A stretch of 62,818 nucleotides of DNA, counting the filler, from Chrysochromulina tobinii (Eukaryota): NCBI GenBank assembly GCA_001275005.1. It is 5 parts of 5 records of this genome, joined end to end, with 100 filler letters (N's around TTAATTAATTAA, not from the genome) between each part and the next. Parts side by side here need not be neighbours in the genome. Positions count along the whole stretch, not along the records: positions 1 to 14,536 come from JWZX01000546.1; positions 14,637 to 29,988 come from JWZX01000547.1; 3 more parts are not named here. One strand, given 5' to 3'. Both the position numbers and the translations under genes were made by a program. Positions 10,267-19,485 of this stretch are shown here, piece after piece. The notes beneath the pieces were generated by a model. That model was not told the origin of the DNA, searched no databases, and saw only the letters and a list, made by a program, of their open reading frames with translations. The first letter of the stretch is position 1, and each line of letters begins with the position of its first letter.

Positions 10267-11355
10267 CTAATACCACAGACGAGTCTCCTGCTGATACCGC
10301 TTGAAGCTCAGAAGGGGATCATAGAGCTCTTCCGACTGCATCTGCTGTCCAGCGTTCGCGCCGGAACGCTCGCCGGCAGGCACTATCTGCGGCAGCGCGT
10401 CGAGCCTCACGAACTCGCCCGCGCCCTTGGCGCACGTCGACACGAATGCATCGAGCTCGATCTGCGTGTCGCTGTCGGTGCCCGAGATGACGCCCTTGAA
10501 CGCACGCGCTTCACCTCCAAGGCCGTTGGCATCGTCGGTGCTTCGCAGCGCGAGAAGGACAGGCCTGCTCGTCTCGGGCAGCTGAGCGGTGAACGACGCC
10601 GTGTGCGTCTTGCGGTTGAGCGTCGCCACCCCGAGCTCGCGGTGGGACTTCCCCACTGCCGCAAGGACGGCCTTCTTGGCTGAGGTGCTCGCCACACCGC
10701 TCGTGAGCAGCACCAGGCACACGGTTCGGCTCAGGCAGTGGCGGCGCAGGTCGAGCGTGCTGTTCAGAATGGGCACGGCCGGGCTTGCCCAACGGCTCAG
10801 GTGGCGAACGAGCGACTGCGTCGTCGTGTGACGAGCTACGACCTGCGGTGCACTCATGCCGTGCCCAGCCTGCAGCAGCAGTGGCGCCCTTTGGGGCGCA
10901 GGCAGGTTAAAGTGCTCTAGCAGTCTGGGCGCGCAATCGAGGCTGATCAAACGGACCGAGTCCGGTAGAAGTTGCTCCGCTGCCGCTTCGCGCATCAGGT
11001 TGCGGCCCGACACTCGTGGCGTCGTGCACTCGATGAGGACGGGTGTCGCTCCAAACAACGCGGCGCGAACTGCAGCAGCGTCAGAGATTTGAATCGCCTC
11101 GATCGGCTGCGACGGCTTGCCGCCACCGCTCGCTTGGAAGGAAAACAAGCAGACGATGAGTAGGCAGATGCCACCAACCACGCCCAAGCCAGCAAACAGC
11201 TCACGGTCAGCTCGCGCACTCTCTGTGGCGCCCTGTGTCTTGCGCTCTGCGCGGCTGAGTTTGCTCGTGGTGCGGCTGTCGCCGCCGCCCACAATGGCCT
11301 TGCCAATCAGGCGGATAATCTCCACCGACGCTTGCGCTATCGGCCCACGCCCCAT
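10267..11355 (-). CDS. Hypothetical membrane-anchored protein, possibly with thioredoxin-like folds
   Basis: 362-aa ORF with one TM segment (LFAGLGVVGGICLLIVCLF) followed by alpha/beta-patterned sequence. Confidence 0.5.
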   Translation of the reverse strand: MGRGPIAQASVEIIRLIGKAIVGGGDSRTTSKLSRAERKTQGATESARADRELFAGLGVVGGICLLIVCLFSFQASGGGKPSQPIEAIQISDAAAVRAALFGATPVLIECTTPRVSGRNLMREAAAEQLLPDSVRLISLDCAPRLLEHFNLPAPQRAPLLLQAGHGMSAPQVVARHTTTQSLVRHLSRWASPAVPILNSTLDLRRHCLSRTVCLVLLTSGVASTSAKKAVLAAVGKSHRELGVATLNRKTHTASFTAQLPETSRPVLLALRSTDDANGLGGEARAFKGVISGTDSDTQIELDAFVSTCAKGAGEFVRLDALPQIVPAGERSGANAGQQMQSEELYDPLLSFKRYQQETRLWY

Positions 11356-11665
11356 CGTCGCGCGGGCGACGACGGAACGAAAGCCCGACGGGCGCTATCG
11401 CGAGCGGCCGCGCCCGCCGCGGCGCTACTTCCCTGAGCTTCGAACATTTCTAGCTTCATCCGTTCAATCAGCCACCTTCCGTGCAGCTAAAACATTCATC
11501 GAAAACATGCGGAACATTGCAATGGAACATGACACCAAAAATTCCTCACTCGCCGCGGGCCCGGGCCCCACAATCACTTCGGCGTGCCCGACCTCACACC
11601 CTTCGCGCGAGCGTGCGTCCGTTGGCTCGTGCACGACAGTACGGGTACGTCCCCTTCTTCTCTAG

Positions 11666-12163
11666 ATGCCCATCGACTGGAATGGGGCGATCCTCTCCGG
11701 CTTCCTCCTCTGCTGCAGCTGCTGTGTCATGGTGACGGCGTGGTACCTGCACCTGCGCATGAAGGAATCTTGGAATCTTGGGCAGGCGATCGTCATCTCC
11801 TGGCTCATCGCGGGTCTCGAGTACTGCCTTCTGGTGCCTGCAAATCGCATCGGTGCGCAGGCGGGCCTCTCTGCTGCACAGCTTCGTGGCTTGGCAGAAG
11901 TAGCCATCCTGATTGCGTTCCTCATCTTCCAGGTCAGGGTGCTTGGGCAGCCACTGCTGTGGAACCATTTGGTCGGCTTCTCGATCGTGTTTCTTGGCGT
12001 CCTCGTGGTCCTTGGCGGGCCGTTTCCCAGCGAAATCTTCCACGTGGCGCCATCGATCGAACACATGCAACTCGCGAATGTCACAGACTCCTCTGCTGTT
12101 TCTCACGCCGAAGGGACAGAATTAACTCCGTCGGTACCTCCGGCGCCGTTGCCACCGCGATGA
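11666..12163 (+). CDS. Small DMT-superfamily membrane protein (DMT_6/DUF486 type)
   Basis: AWYLHL...AIVISWLIAGLEYCLLVPANRIG...LSAAQLR...E...LLWNHLVGF matches the AWYgHL / EY..qVPANRIG signature. Confidence 0.75.
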   Translation: MPIDWNGAILSGFLLCCSCCVMVTAWYLHLRMKESWNLGQAIVISWLIAGLEYCLLVPANRIGAQAGLSAAQLRGLAEVAILIAFLIFQVRVLGQPLLWNHLVGFSIVFLGVLVVLGGPFPSEIFHVAPSIEHMQLANVTDSSAVSHAEGTELTPSVPPAPLPPR

Positions 12164-12274
12164 CTCTGTATAAAACAGTAATGAAAATTTGGTAGACGTA
12201 GAGAGAAATGCTGCACAGACGCGGCGTCTAGATCCGCACCGGAACCGGGCCCCGGGGCGACGCGCGACGAGCGC

Positions 12275-13120
12275 TCAATAGCTCATATCTCGGCTGTCGG
12301 CGACCTTCTTCCTGCTGCGAGAGAAGCAGCAGAGCGAGTAGTCGCACGCTGCCTGCAGGATACATCCCATCGCAGCACACGAGAGGACGGCGGCGAGCAG
12401 AAGCGCGAGGGCGGCCTCGATCCCTAGGTGGGTGCGCACGAAGCGCGAGCTGTCATCAGCCAGGGCGGTGAGATTGCCGAGCAGCGGCGGCTGGCGGTGC
12501 GGTGGCGGCGCCGGTGGCCGAAGGCGCGCATGCGCGCGCCGGTCGCGCAGCACGAAGAGCGCGCCCAGCCGCGAGGACACGTTGGAGGAGGAGAGCGAGC
12601 CAGGCCAGACAGACGAGTCAGCCGTCGCGGCGTCCTCCAGGCCCGCGAATGGCGCGAGCTGCACGACCGTCTCGCCCAGACCGTGCGAGTAGCGCAGCGA
12701 GCTGGCGAGCAAAAAGGGGTCGGGTCGCTGCAGGGTCAGCTGCTCCTCGGTCGTTCCGCCCGGGTTGACGACGATAAGTGAGCCAGCACGGAAGCCGGTT
12801 GCCAGCTTGACGGAGAGCTGGCGCGCGCCTCGGGGAGCCATGGACGTGATGAGGCGTGTCCGTGCATCTATGGCCAGGCCAGACAGCGATCCGACGCGTT
12901 CAGTCTTCGGCTGCTGCAGCGGCTCTTGCTGGATCAGGAGCTCGATCGAGATCGGTGGTGGCGGCGGTGAGGGCTGATCGAGCGACGCGAGCGGTGGCTC
13001 ATCGAGCAGTGGGCGTTCGGTCAGCGGTAGGGGGAAAAGGAAACGCTTCGGCTCCAATTGCTGCACGCTCCTGGTCGTCAAAAGAGAGAGAGCCATGAGA
13101 AGAAGAAGCGCAATCCGCAT
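12275..13120 (-). CDS. Hypothetical type I membrane protein
   Basis: Signal-peptide-like start (MRIALLLLMALSLL) and a C-terminal TM segment followed by basic residues. Confidence 0.5.
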   Translation of the reverse strand: MRIALLLLMALSLLTTRSVQQLEPKRFLFPLPLTERPLLDEPPLASLDQPSPPPPPISIELLIQQEPLQQPKTERVGSLSGLAIDARTRLITSMAPRGARQLSVKLATGFRAGSLIVVNPGGTTEEQLTLQRPDPFLLASSLRYSHGLGETVVQLAPFAGLEDAATADSSVWPGSLSSSNVSSRLGALFVLRDRRAHARLRPPAPPPHRQPPLLGNLTALADDSSRFVRTHLGIEAALALLLAAVLSCAAMGCILQAACDYSLCCFSRSRKKVADSRDMSY

Positions 13121-13499
13121 GGCGAAGCCGCCGTGTTGAGCGTTTCAGCACGTGTCTGAATCTCTGAAATGTTGAAACGTGAATACGAGTCGCCCGACGT
13201 AAATTCAATGAGGACTCTCGCCCAGGATAGTCGTACGATCCTTAGGTCCTAATACTTTACGGCCGGCGCCGGCGGGCAAATGTTGCTTTGGGATGAAGTG
13301 CGCACGTCCCTCTCCCTGCCGTTGCTATGGCGGACGCCGCAGGCTCAGCCACTCTGCCTGGTGCGGCCATCTCGGGCGTGGGCGTAGCCGAGCCGGAGCA
13401 CGAGCCGCGGTATGCGCTGGCCACACGCGCGCGCTCAGGCCGCCAGCGACGGAGGCTGCGGACTTGAGCGCCAGGCGCGACAAGAAATGGACATCGCCA

Positions 13500-14536
13500 T
13501 CAGCGCCCGTGCGCCTTCGGCCGCGACCCTTGCCGCGGCCGCTGCCGCCTTTGGCCGAGCGGGGCGGCCTCGGCAGCGCTTGCAGGAAGCGGGGCCGCCT
13601 CTAGCCGAGGTCGTTTCCTGCCGAGGCCACCCCTGCTTTTGAAGACTTCCTCGTGATTGCTGCTCAGTCGGCCGCGGCGGCGGTTGCGCGTGCCTCCGTC
13701 GCTATTGCACTGCTCGTGATCATAGAGCGTGGCCCCCTGGCCCATGGCGAGCGACGCATAGTGGAAGCCGCCGTGCTTGAGGTTATGCACGAACAGGGTC
13801 AGGTTACAGGGCGGGCGGTAGAGGCCGCCTCCCTCGGCCTTGTGAGCACCGTTTTTATGGCACACGAAGTCGTGTACCCAGCGCCCGACATTGACGTACA
13901 GGACTGTGAACGGCGCGTAGCTGAGCCAGTAGCCAGTGGAGGTGTCCTCAAACTTCTGCCACTGGATCGCGTCGCGCGTGGGACCGGCCGCTTGGCGTAC
14001 CCAGTTGATCACGGCCGCGTCGGTGGCCACCCATCGCAGCGTCGCCGCGCCGAAGACATAGCCCGCACCCGTGCCGTACGGGAACGGCGGTACGGCACCG
14101 AGTTTGTCGCACGGAGGGAAGTAGCCAGGGCACGGGAACGAGGAGCATGGCTTTCCAAATGTGGCACCGTAGTTCACGAGCGCGGCCCCCATGCCCCAGC
14201 CGAAGCCACATCGGTCGTTGCGCACACCCGTATTGCGCGCCTGCGGCACCACTCCAGCCCAATTGATGGCCCCTATGAAGAGGTGTTCCTTACAACGGAG
14301 CTGTGCTCCGAGCGCCACGAGCAGCGCAAGGTTGGGCGCGGTGTCATCGTCAATCTTGCCCACATACGGAACGTGCGGCAGCATGTGCGCCACGTGCTGG
14401 AAGAAGGCGTACTGCTTGAACGTCGGCATGCCGCGGCCCAGTCGTGTAAAGTTGGAGTAGGCCGTCTTCGCTGTAATGAGCGCACGTGTCTCGGGCACAT
14501 CGAGCAGGAGCAGGTCAGCATGCGCGCCCTGCTCCG
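13500..14536 (-). CDS. GT31 family (beta-1,3-galactosyltransferase-like) glycosyltransferase, 5'-truncated by the contig end
   Basis: YVGKIDDD (DxD), PFPYGTGAGYVF and FEDTSTGYWL motifs. Confidence 0.7.
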
Positions 14537-14636
14537 NNNNNNNNNNNNNNNNNNNNNNNNNNNNNNNNNNNNNNNNNNNNTTAATTAATTAANNNNNNNN
14601 NNNNNNNNNNNNNNNNNNNNNNNNNNNNNNNNNNNN
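14537..14636. other. Artificial contig linker
   Basis: N44 + TTAATTAATTAA (stops in all six frames) + N44. Confidence 0.98.
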
Positions 14637-15260
14637 CACGAGGGCATTGGGCAATCCACCTTTGGCATTGACTACCGCAAACTTTTGGGGGGTCTCCCTC
14701 TGTGAAACAGCCTAAAGGGAGCCTCAGTCTGTGAAGAGCCCATGAAGGGAGTCGGGCCTTGTCCCTCGTCCACGTGCGCGCGAACCGTCCCGCGTGCCCC
14801 TCAGTGTGGTGCCTCTGATTGCCCATCTATGCCCACGAGTATTTTCAATGAAGACAACGCGAGTGCAACCGCCTACGAGAGTGAGACTGTGAGAGCAAAG
14901 AAGCAGAACATGCACGTCTGCAGTTCGATGCACATTTAGAGGTGTATGTCTCTAAATAGACTAGAACAGTTTCCGTCACTGGTTCGCGATCTTGCGCGGG
15001 GTCGGGAGTACGCGGAGTGTACAAACGCCGGAAACGGGCGGCCCGCGGCGCGCGGGGTCTCACGTGGTCACGCGTGAAAAACGGCGCGCGGGAAGACGCG
15101 CGAACGGATCGAGTCAAGGCGTCCTCTTCTCCGACGTCCCTCTGAAGACAGTGGCGCGAGCGGCGAGCCCCGGCAGCACGAACGTCGACATGCGGTATGA
15201 GGACCGGACTCGAGATGCGCAGTTGCGCAGACGAGGTGCACGCAAAGCGCCCAGAGCGGC

Positions 15261-15629
15261 CTACCAGAACCCAAAACGCGCGGCCGCCCCGCGGAGGCCA
15301 CTCTGGCGCGTGTCGCGGATGTCCTTGACCTCCTGCGGCGAGAACTCGAAGCCCTGCGCGAGCACCGGCAAGGCGTTCTCGAGGTCCCCCTCCTTGAGGA
15401 AGCGCACGAGCACGTTCTTGAGGAAGGTGAGCTGGAGCCCCTTTTCGGAGCGCTTGAGGGCAGCCTGCAGCTCGCCCAGCTCGTGCTTCAGGAACGCGAT
15501 CTCCTCACGCAGCTCGGCTTCGACGGCTGCCGCCGCGGCGGCGACGCCCGCCGCCACCGCGGGGGCGGCGCCGCCACTCCCGGTGGCAGGTGCACCGCCG
15601 CCACCCAGTACGCTGGAGAGGGCCGCCGC

Positions 15630-15662
<33 letters not shown>

Positions 15663-15719
15663 CTCGGCGACGCGCCGCTGCAGGGCGGCGATGGTTGCTT
15701 GCGTCCGTTGGGCTTGCAT
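15261..15719 (-). CDS. Coiled-coil + GRIP domain (golgin-type C-terminus); short gene or orphan terminal exon
   Basis: LTFLKNVLVRFL...ALPVLAQGFEFSPQEV matches the GRIP consensus YLKNV...L.PVI..LL.FS.EE. Confidence 0.65.
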
Positions 15720-15890
15720 GCACAGCCCATGCTCACGTAACGATCTCGTTGACGAGTCCGTAATGAGATCGTGCTTGCACAGCCCATGCTCTCGTAATGA
15801 TCTCGTTAACGATCTCGTTGACGAGTCCGTAATGAGATCGTGCTTGCACAGCCCATGCTCTCGTAATGATCTCGTTAATGATCTCGTTAC
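15720..15890. repeat. Imperfect tandem repeat, 57-69-bp unit, about 2.7 copies
   Basis: GCACAGCCCATGCTC...GATCTCGTTGACGAGTCCGTAATGAGATCGTGCTT repeated. Confidence 0.8.
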
Positions 15891-15904
15891 GGCGGACCGT
15901 GCTC

Positions 15905-17141
15905 CTATGAGGCTACTCTGGTACCATCCAACTCGTGCCACTGGCCTTCGTCGTCCTGCACGAGCTCGCCCTTGCGGTGCAGCAATCAGAGGTCATCAGA
16001 GGTCATCAGAGCTCATCAGCACACCTGCACGAGCTCGCCTGATGAGGGAGGCAATCAGAGGTCATCAGAGGTCATCAGAGCTCATCAGCACACCTGCACG
16101 AGCTCGCCCTTGCGGTGCAGCACGCCCAGCCGCATGCGGTGCCACAACGAGGCGATGCCAGCCGCGTTACGGGCGGAGCAGATAGGCAGGTCGCCGCCAG
16201 CGTAGCCCGGGCGCTGGGCGACCTTTCGCCGGATGAGCTCGCAGCTCTGCGCGAGCGCCCTCGGTTCCAGCAAGTCCGCCTTGTTGATCACGCAGTGGTA
16301 CTCGACGCGCGCCTGATGAGGGAGGCCATCAAGCGGCGATCAGTGGCGATCAGCGGCGATCAGTGGCAATCATTGGCAATCAGTGGCACTCGACGCGCGC
16401 CTCGTCCAAGACCCCGAGAAAGCGCTCGTCGTCGAGCGTGACGCCGAGGGTGCAGTCGAGGACGACAAAGGCGCACGCGAGCTGCTCGCGCTCGCGCAGG
16501 TAGCGCTTCGTCGTGCGCGCCCAGCGCGTGCGCATAGACTCCTTCGTGGCCGCCGGACCGTAGCCGGGAAGATCGACGAGTGTCATGAGCGGCTCCTCTG
16601 GCCCTTTGCCGTTCTCGCGCAGCTCGTAAAAGTGCAGGCTGCTGGTCCAGCCAGGCACGTGGCTGACGGAGGCTGCACCACGATGGCCCTTGGCGCCGGT
16701 GAGGGCGTTGAACAGGCTCGACTTGCCCGCGTTCGACCGGCCGACGAGCGCGACCTCGGGCAGCTCCGGGTGAAGCAGCGCCGGCAGCGGGTCGTCGGCC
16801 GCGAGGACGACGCCCACGAGCGACGCACAGCACGCGTGCGAGCGTCGCGCAGCCGCCGCTCGCGAGGTGTGCGCGCCGCGCTGCCGTCCGAGTCGCTGCA
16901 CCTCAATGTCCTCGACCACGTCCGCGTCAACGTCGTCGCCGACGGTGTCCTCGAGCGAGCCGACATACGCGGCGCGGAGCGCCTCATCGCGTTCGAGTAT
17001 CGCGTGCAAATCGGTCGTGCCGCTGCCGCCCGCGCGTGCTAGGGCGAGCCGCGCGAGCCCACGCGCCGAGCCGGCGGTGCACGCGCGCGATAAGCGTTGC
17101 ACCGCGAGTCGCATGTTCGACTTGGGGCATCGAGTCTGCAT
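15905..17141 (-). CDS. engB: EngB/YihA (YsxC)-family GTPase, probably organelle-targeted; two introns
   Basis: LPEVALVGRSNAGKSSLFNAL (G1), VPGWT (G2), LVDLPGYG (G3). INKAD (G4) is restored by removing a GC-AG intron at 16313-16400. Second intron about 15956-16094. Start codon uncertain. Confidence 0.85.
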
Positions 17142-17303
17142 TGCGGTGAGTTTCGTCGACACGTAAATATCGGAGACAAACCAAAGAAATCACACGATGA
17201 GGTCGTCCAAGGCTAGTTGCGTCGTCCAGTAGCTGGTCGAAAATGTTTGGCACATTGTAACGTCTGCTTTTTTGCGATCTGCGTGCCCGTCCTATCAGGC
17301 TGC

Positions 17304-18671
17304 ATGGAGCCACCGCGGCCGTCCCATCGCGCCAAAGCTCCACCTGGGCTCAAGGCGATGGCGGCCGCGACCAAGCCGCTGCTGCTGAAGCCCTCGCTGC
17401 AGCCCGGCCTGCCGCCGTCGCGCAAGCAGGAGCTGGACGAGCGGACGGTGCCGGCCGAGGGCAGTAGCACGATTCGGCCGTCAGCACGAGGTAGCAGCAG
17501 CGGGCGAAGCCGTCCTGGGGGTGGGTCGTCGCCCGCGGCCGTGGGCCCCACGAGCAGGAATGGCACCGCCAGCGCCAGCAGCACCACGCGCAGCGCCAAA
17601 GGGGCGAAGAGGCACTCTAAGGAGACGAGCGGAGGCGCTTCCAAGGTGGGTTCCCATGGAGCGCTCGTACCGCCGATCGCTGCGTCCCGGCAGCGGCGGA
17701 GCACGAATGAGGAGATGAACTCGTCGGCGCTCTCGTCGCCACTCGCCCTCTCGTCGCCCGTCTCGATGCCCTCACCAAGCCCAACACACTCGCTGATGGC
17801 CTTCGACGGCGCGGAGGGTCCGAGCAGCCAGCAATGGTGGTCGGCATGCCTATCCGGCGGTCGGCAGGGCCAGAGGGAGACATCTTCTCCTCCGGCCGAC
17901 GCGCTGTCGCCCCTCGACTCCCCAGCGGGCAGTGCCCACGACGGCGCCTCGATCGGCTCTGCGGCGACGCTCGAGACGGCGCTCGAGAGTGGCCGCTCGT
18001 GCGTGTGGGTGGGTGGCGGCGACGGCTTCGGCGACGGCTTCGGCGGTAGCCCTTTCGGCACGCCGCCCTGCTCGGGCAGCGGCACGCCCGCGCTCTCCTC
18101 GCCGGGAGACTCGCCCTCCCAGACGCCCCCACACTCGACCCCACACTCGCCCAAGGGCGCGGCGCCCGACACGGCGCGCGCGCTCCCCCCTGCGGCGGCG
18201 CCGTCTGCTGATCCACTTGGTGCCCGTGCAGGAGTGACGAAGCCGAGGGCAGGTGAGGCGGCGCAGTCTGCCGAGGAGGCGCTCTGGGCCCCTGGTGCGG
18301 AGCCATCACCCACATCGATCCTCGAGTTGATGGCAAAAGTGGCCGAGGCGTCGAAGGCGGCGAAGGCGCCCACTAAGGCTGCTGCCTCGCCGCCGCCGCC
18401 GCTGCTGCCGCTTATGCCTCCCTCGAAGGCGCCCACGACGGCGGCGCCCACTACGGCGTCACTCTCGACGGTGGCGCCCACGACGGCGCCTCTCGCGCCG
18501 ACGGGTGGCGCTTCGCGCGTCACGCAGCCCTCGGCTTCGTCACTCCCGCCCTCGGCTTCGTCACTCCTGCCCTCGGCTTCGTCACTCCTGAGCGTGGGCA
18601 TGGAGGTGCTCGTCCAGAGATGCGCCCCGCCCCTCCTCCCAACGCCAGTGGGAACGCCTCGACCAGATTAG
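17304..18671 (+). CDS. Low-complexity Ser/Pro/Ala-rich hypothetical protein
   Basis: Long ORF with no recognisable domain; an antisense ORF of similar length exists, so the strand is uncertain. Confidence 0.35.
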   Translation: MEPPRPSHRAKAPPGLKAMAAATKPLLLKPSLQPGLPPSRKQELDERTVPAEGSSTIRPSARGSSSGRSRPGGGSSPAAVGPTSRNGTASASSTTRSAKGAKRHSKETSGGASKVGSHGALVPPIAASRQRRSTNEEMNSSALSSPLALSSPVSMPSPSPTHSLMAFDGAEGPSSQQWWSACLSGGRQGQRETSSPPADALSPLDSPAGSAHDGASIGSAATLETALESGRSCVWVGGGDGFGDGFGGSPFGTPPCSGSGTPALSSPGDSPSQTPPHSTPHSPKGAAPDTARALPPAAAPSADPLGARAGVTKPRAGEAAQSAEEALWAPGAEPSPTSILELMAKVAEASKAAKAPTKAAASPPPPLLPLMPPSKAPTTAAPTTASLSTVAPTTAPLAPTGGASRVTQPSASSLPPSASSLLPSASSLLSVGMEVLVQRCAPPLLPTPVGTPRPD

Positions 18672-19485
18672 GGAGGCAATCCGCATGCAATCAGCATGCA
18701 ATCCGCCCCTCCTCCCAACGCCAGTGGGAACGCCTCGACCAGATTAGGGAGGCAATCCGCATGCAATCCGCATGCAATCCGCCCCTCCTCCCAACGCCAG
18801 TGTGCACGCCTCGCGTCGAGTAGGGAGGCAATCAGCATGCAATCCGGAGAATGGCGGCCCTGCTGTGCACTAATGGGCGGCGCCGTAGTGGGCGGCCCTG
18901 CAGTGCCGACCGCCGCGTCCCTTCTGGCCCTTGATCAGTTTTAGCGGCGTCTCAGCCTCGCACCCTCGCTATCATGCCGTTGCTCTGTCGTTTCTCGCAT
19001 TCCCCGCCCGTACAGTCCGTCTCGCGGCGCTCGCGATCACGGCGCGGCCGGGCGGTGCACGGCGGCGTCGTTGGTCGCATGGTTGGTCGTCGCTTCAAGA
19101 TGCGACTGAGGCATGTGTCCTCTCGCCGCGGGCGCGCGCGCCCGCCGGGCGAAGTCACTTAGTTAGTCCAGTCGAGTGAGAATTTTTCGCAAACCAAAAC
19201 AATGCCACGATTTTATCCTTGGCACGGCTTCCGACTTTGGCGCGAGAGTTCAGAGTAACAAAAAGTCAAATGAGTGAGAGCGCGTGTTCCAGCCCCGTTT
19301 GTCTAAGTTCTGATCTCGGCTCGACGTGTTACGTGCGAGTCTGCGGCAACGGAGGTCACTCCCGTTCCGGAACAATCAACTTTTGGGGGTCCGACGTGTG
19401 TGCGCGGTTGTGTTTCACAGGAGCAGCTGCAATCAACTTTCGCGTCGATCGGAAAAGGTTGCGTGGCTTCCATCGCCCGCTTCTC

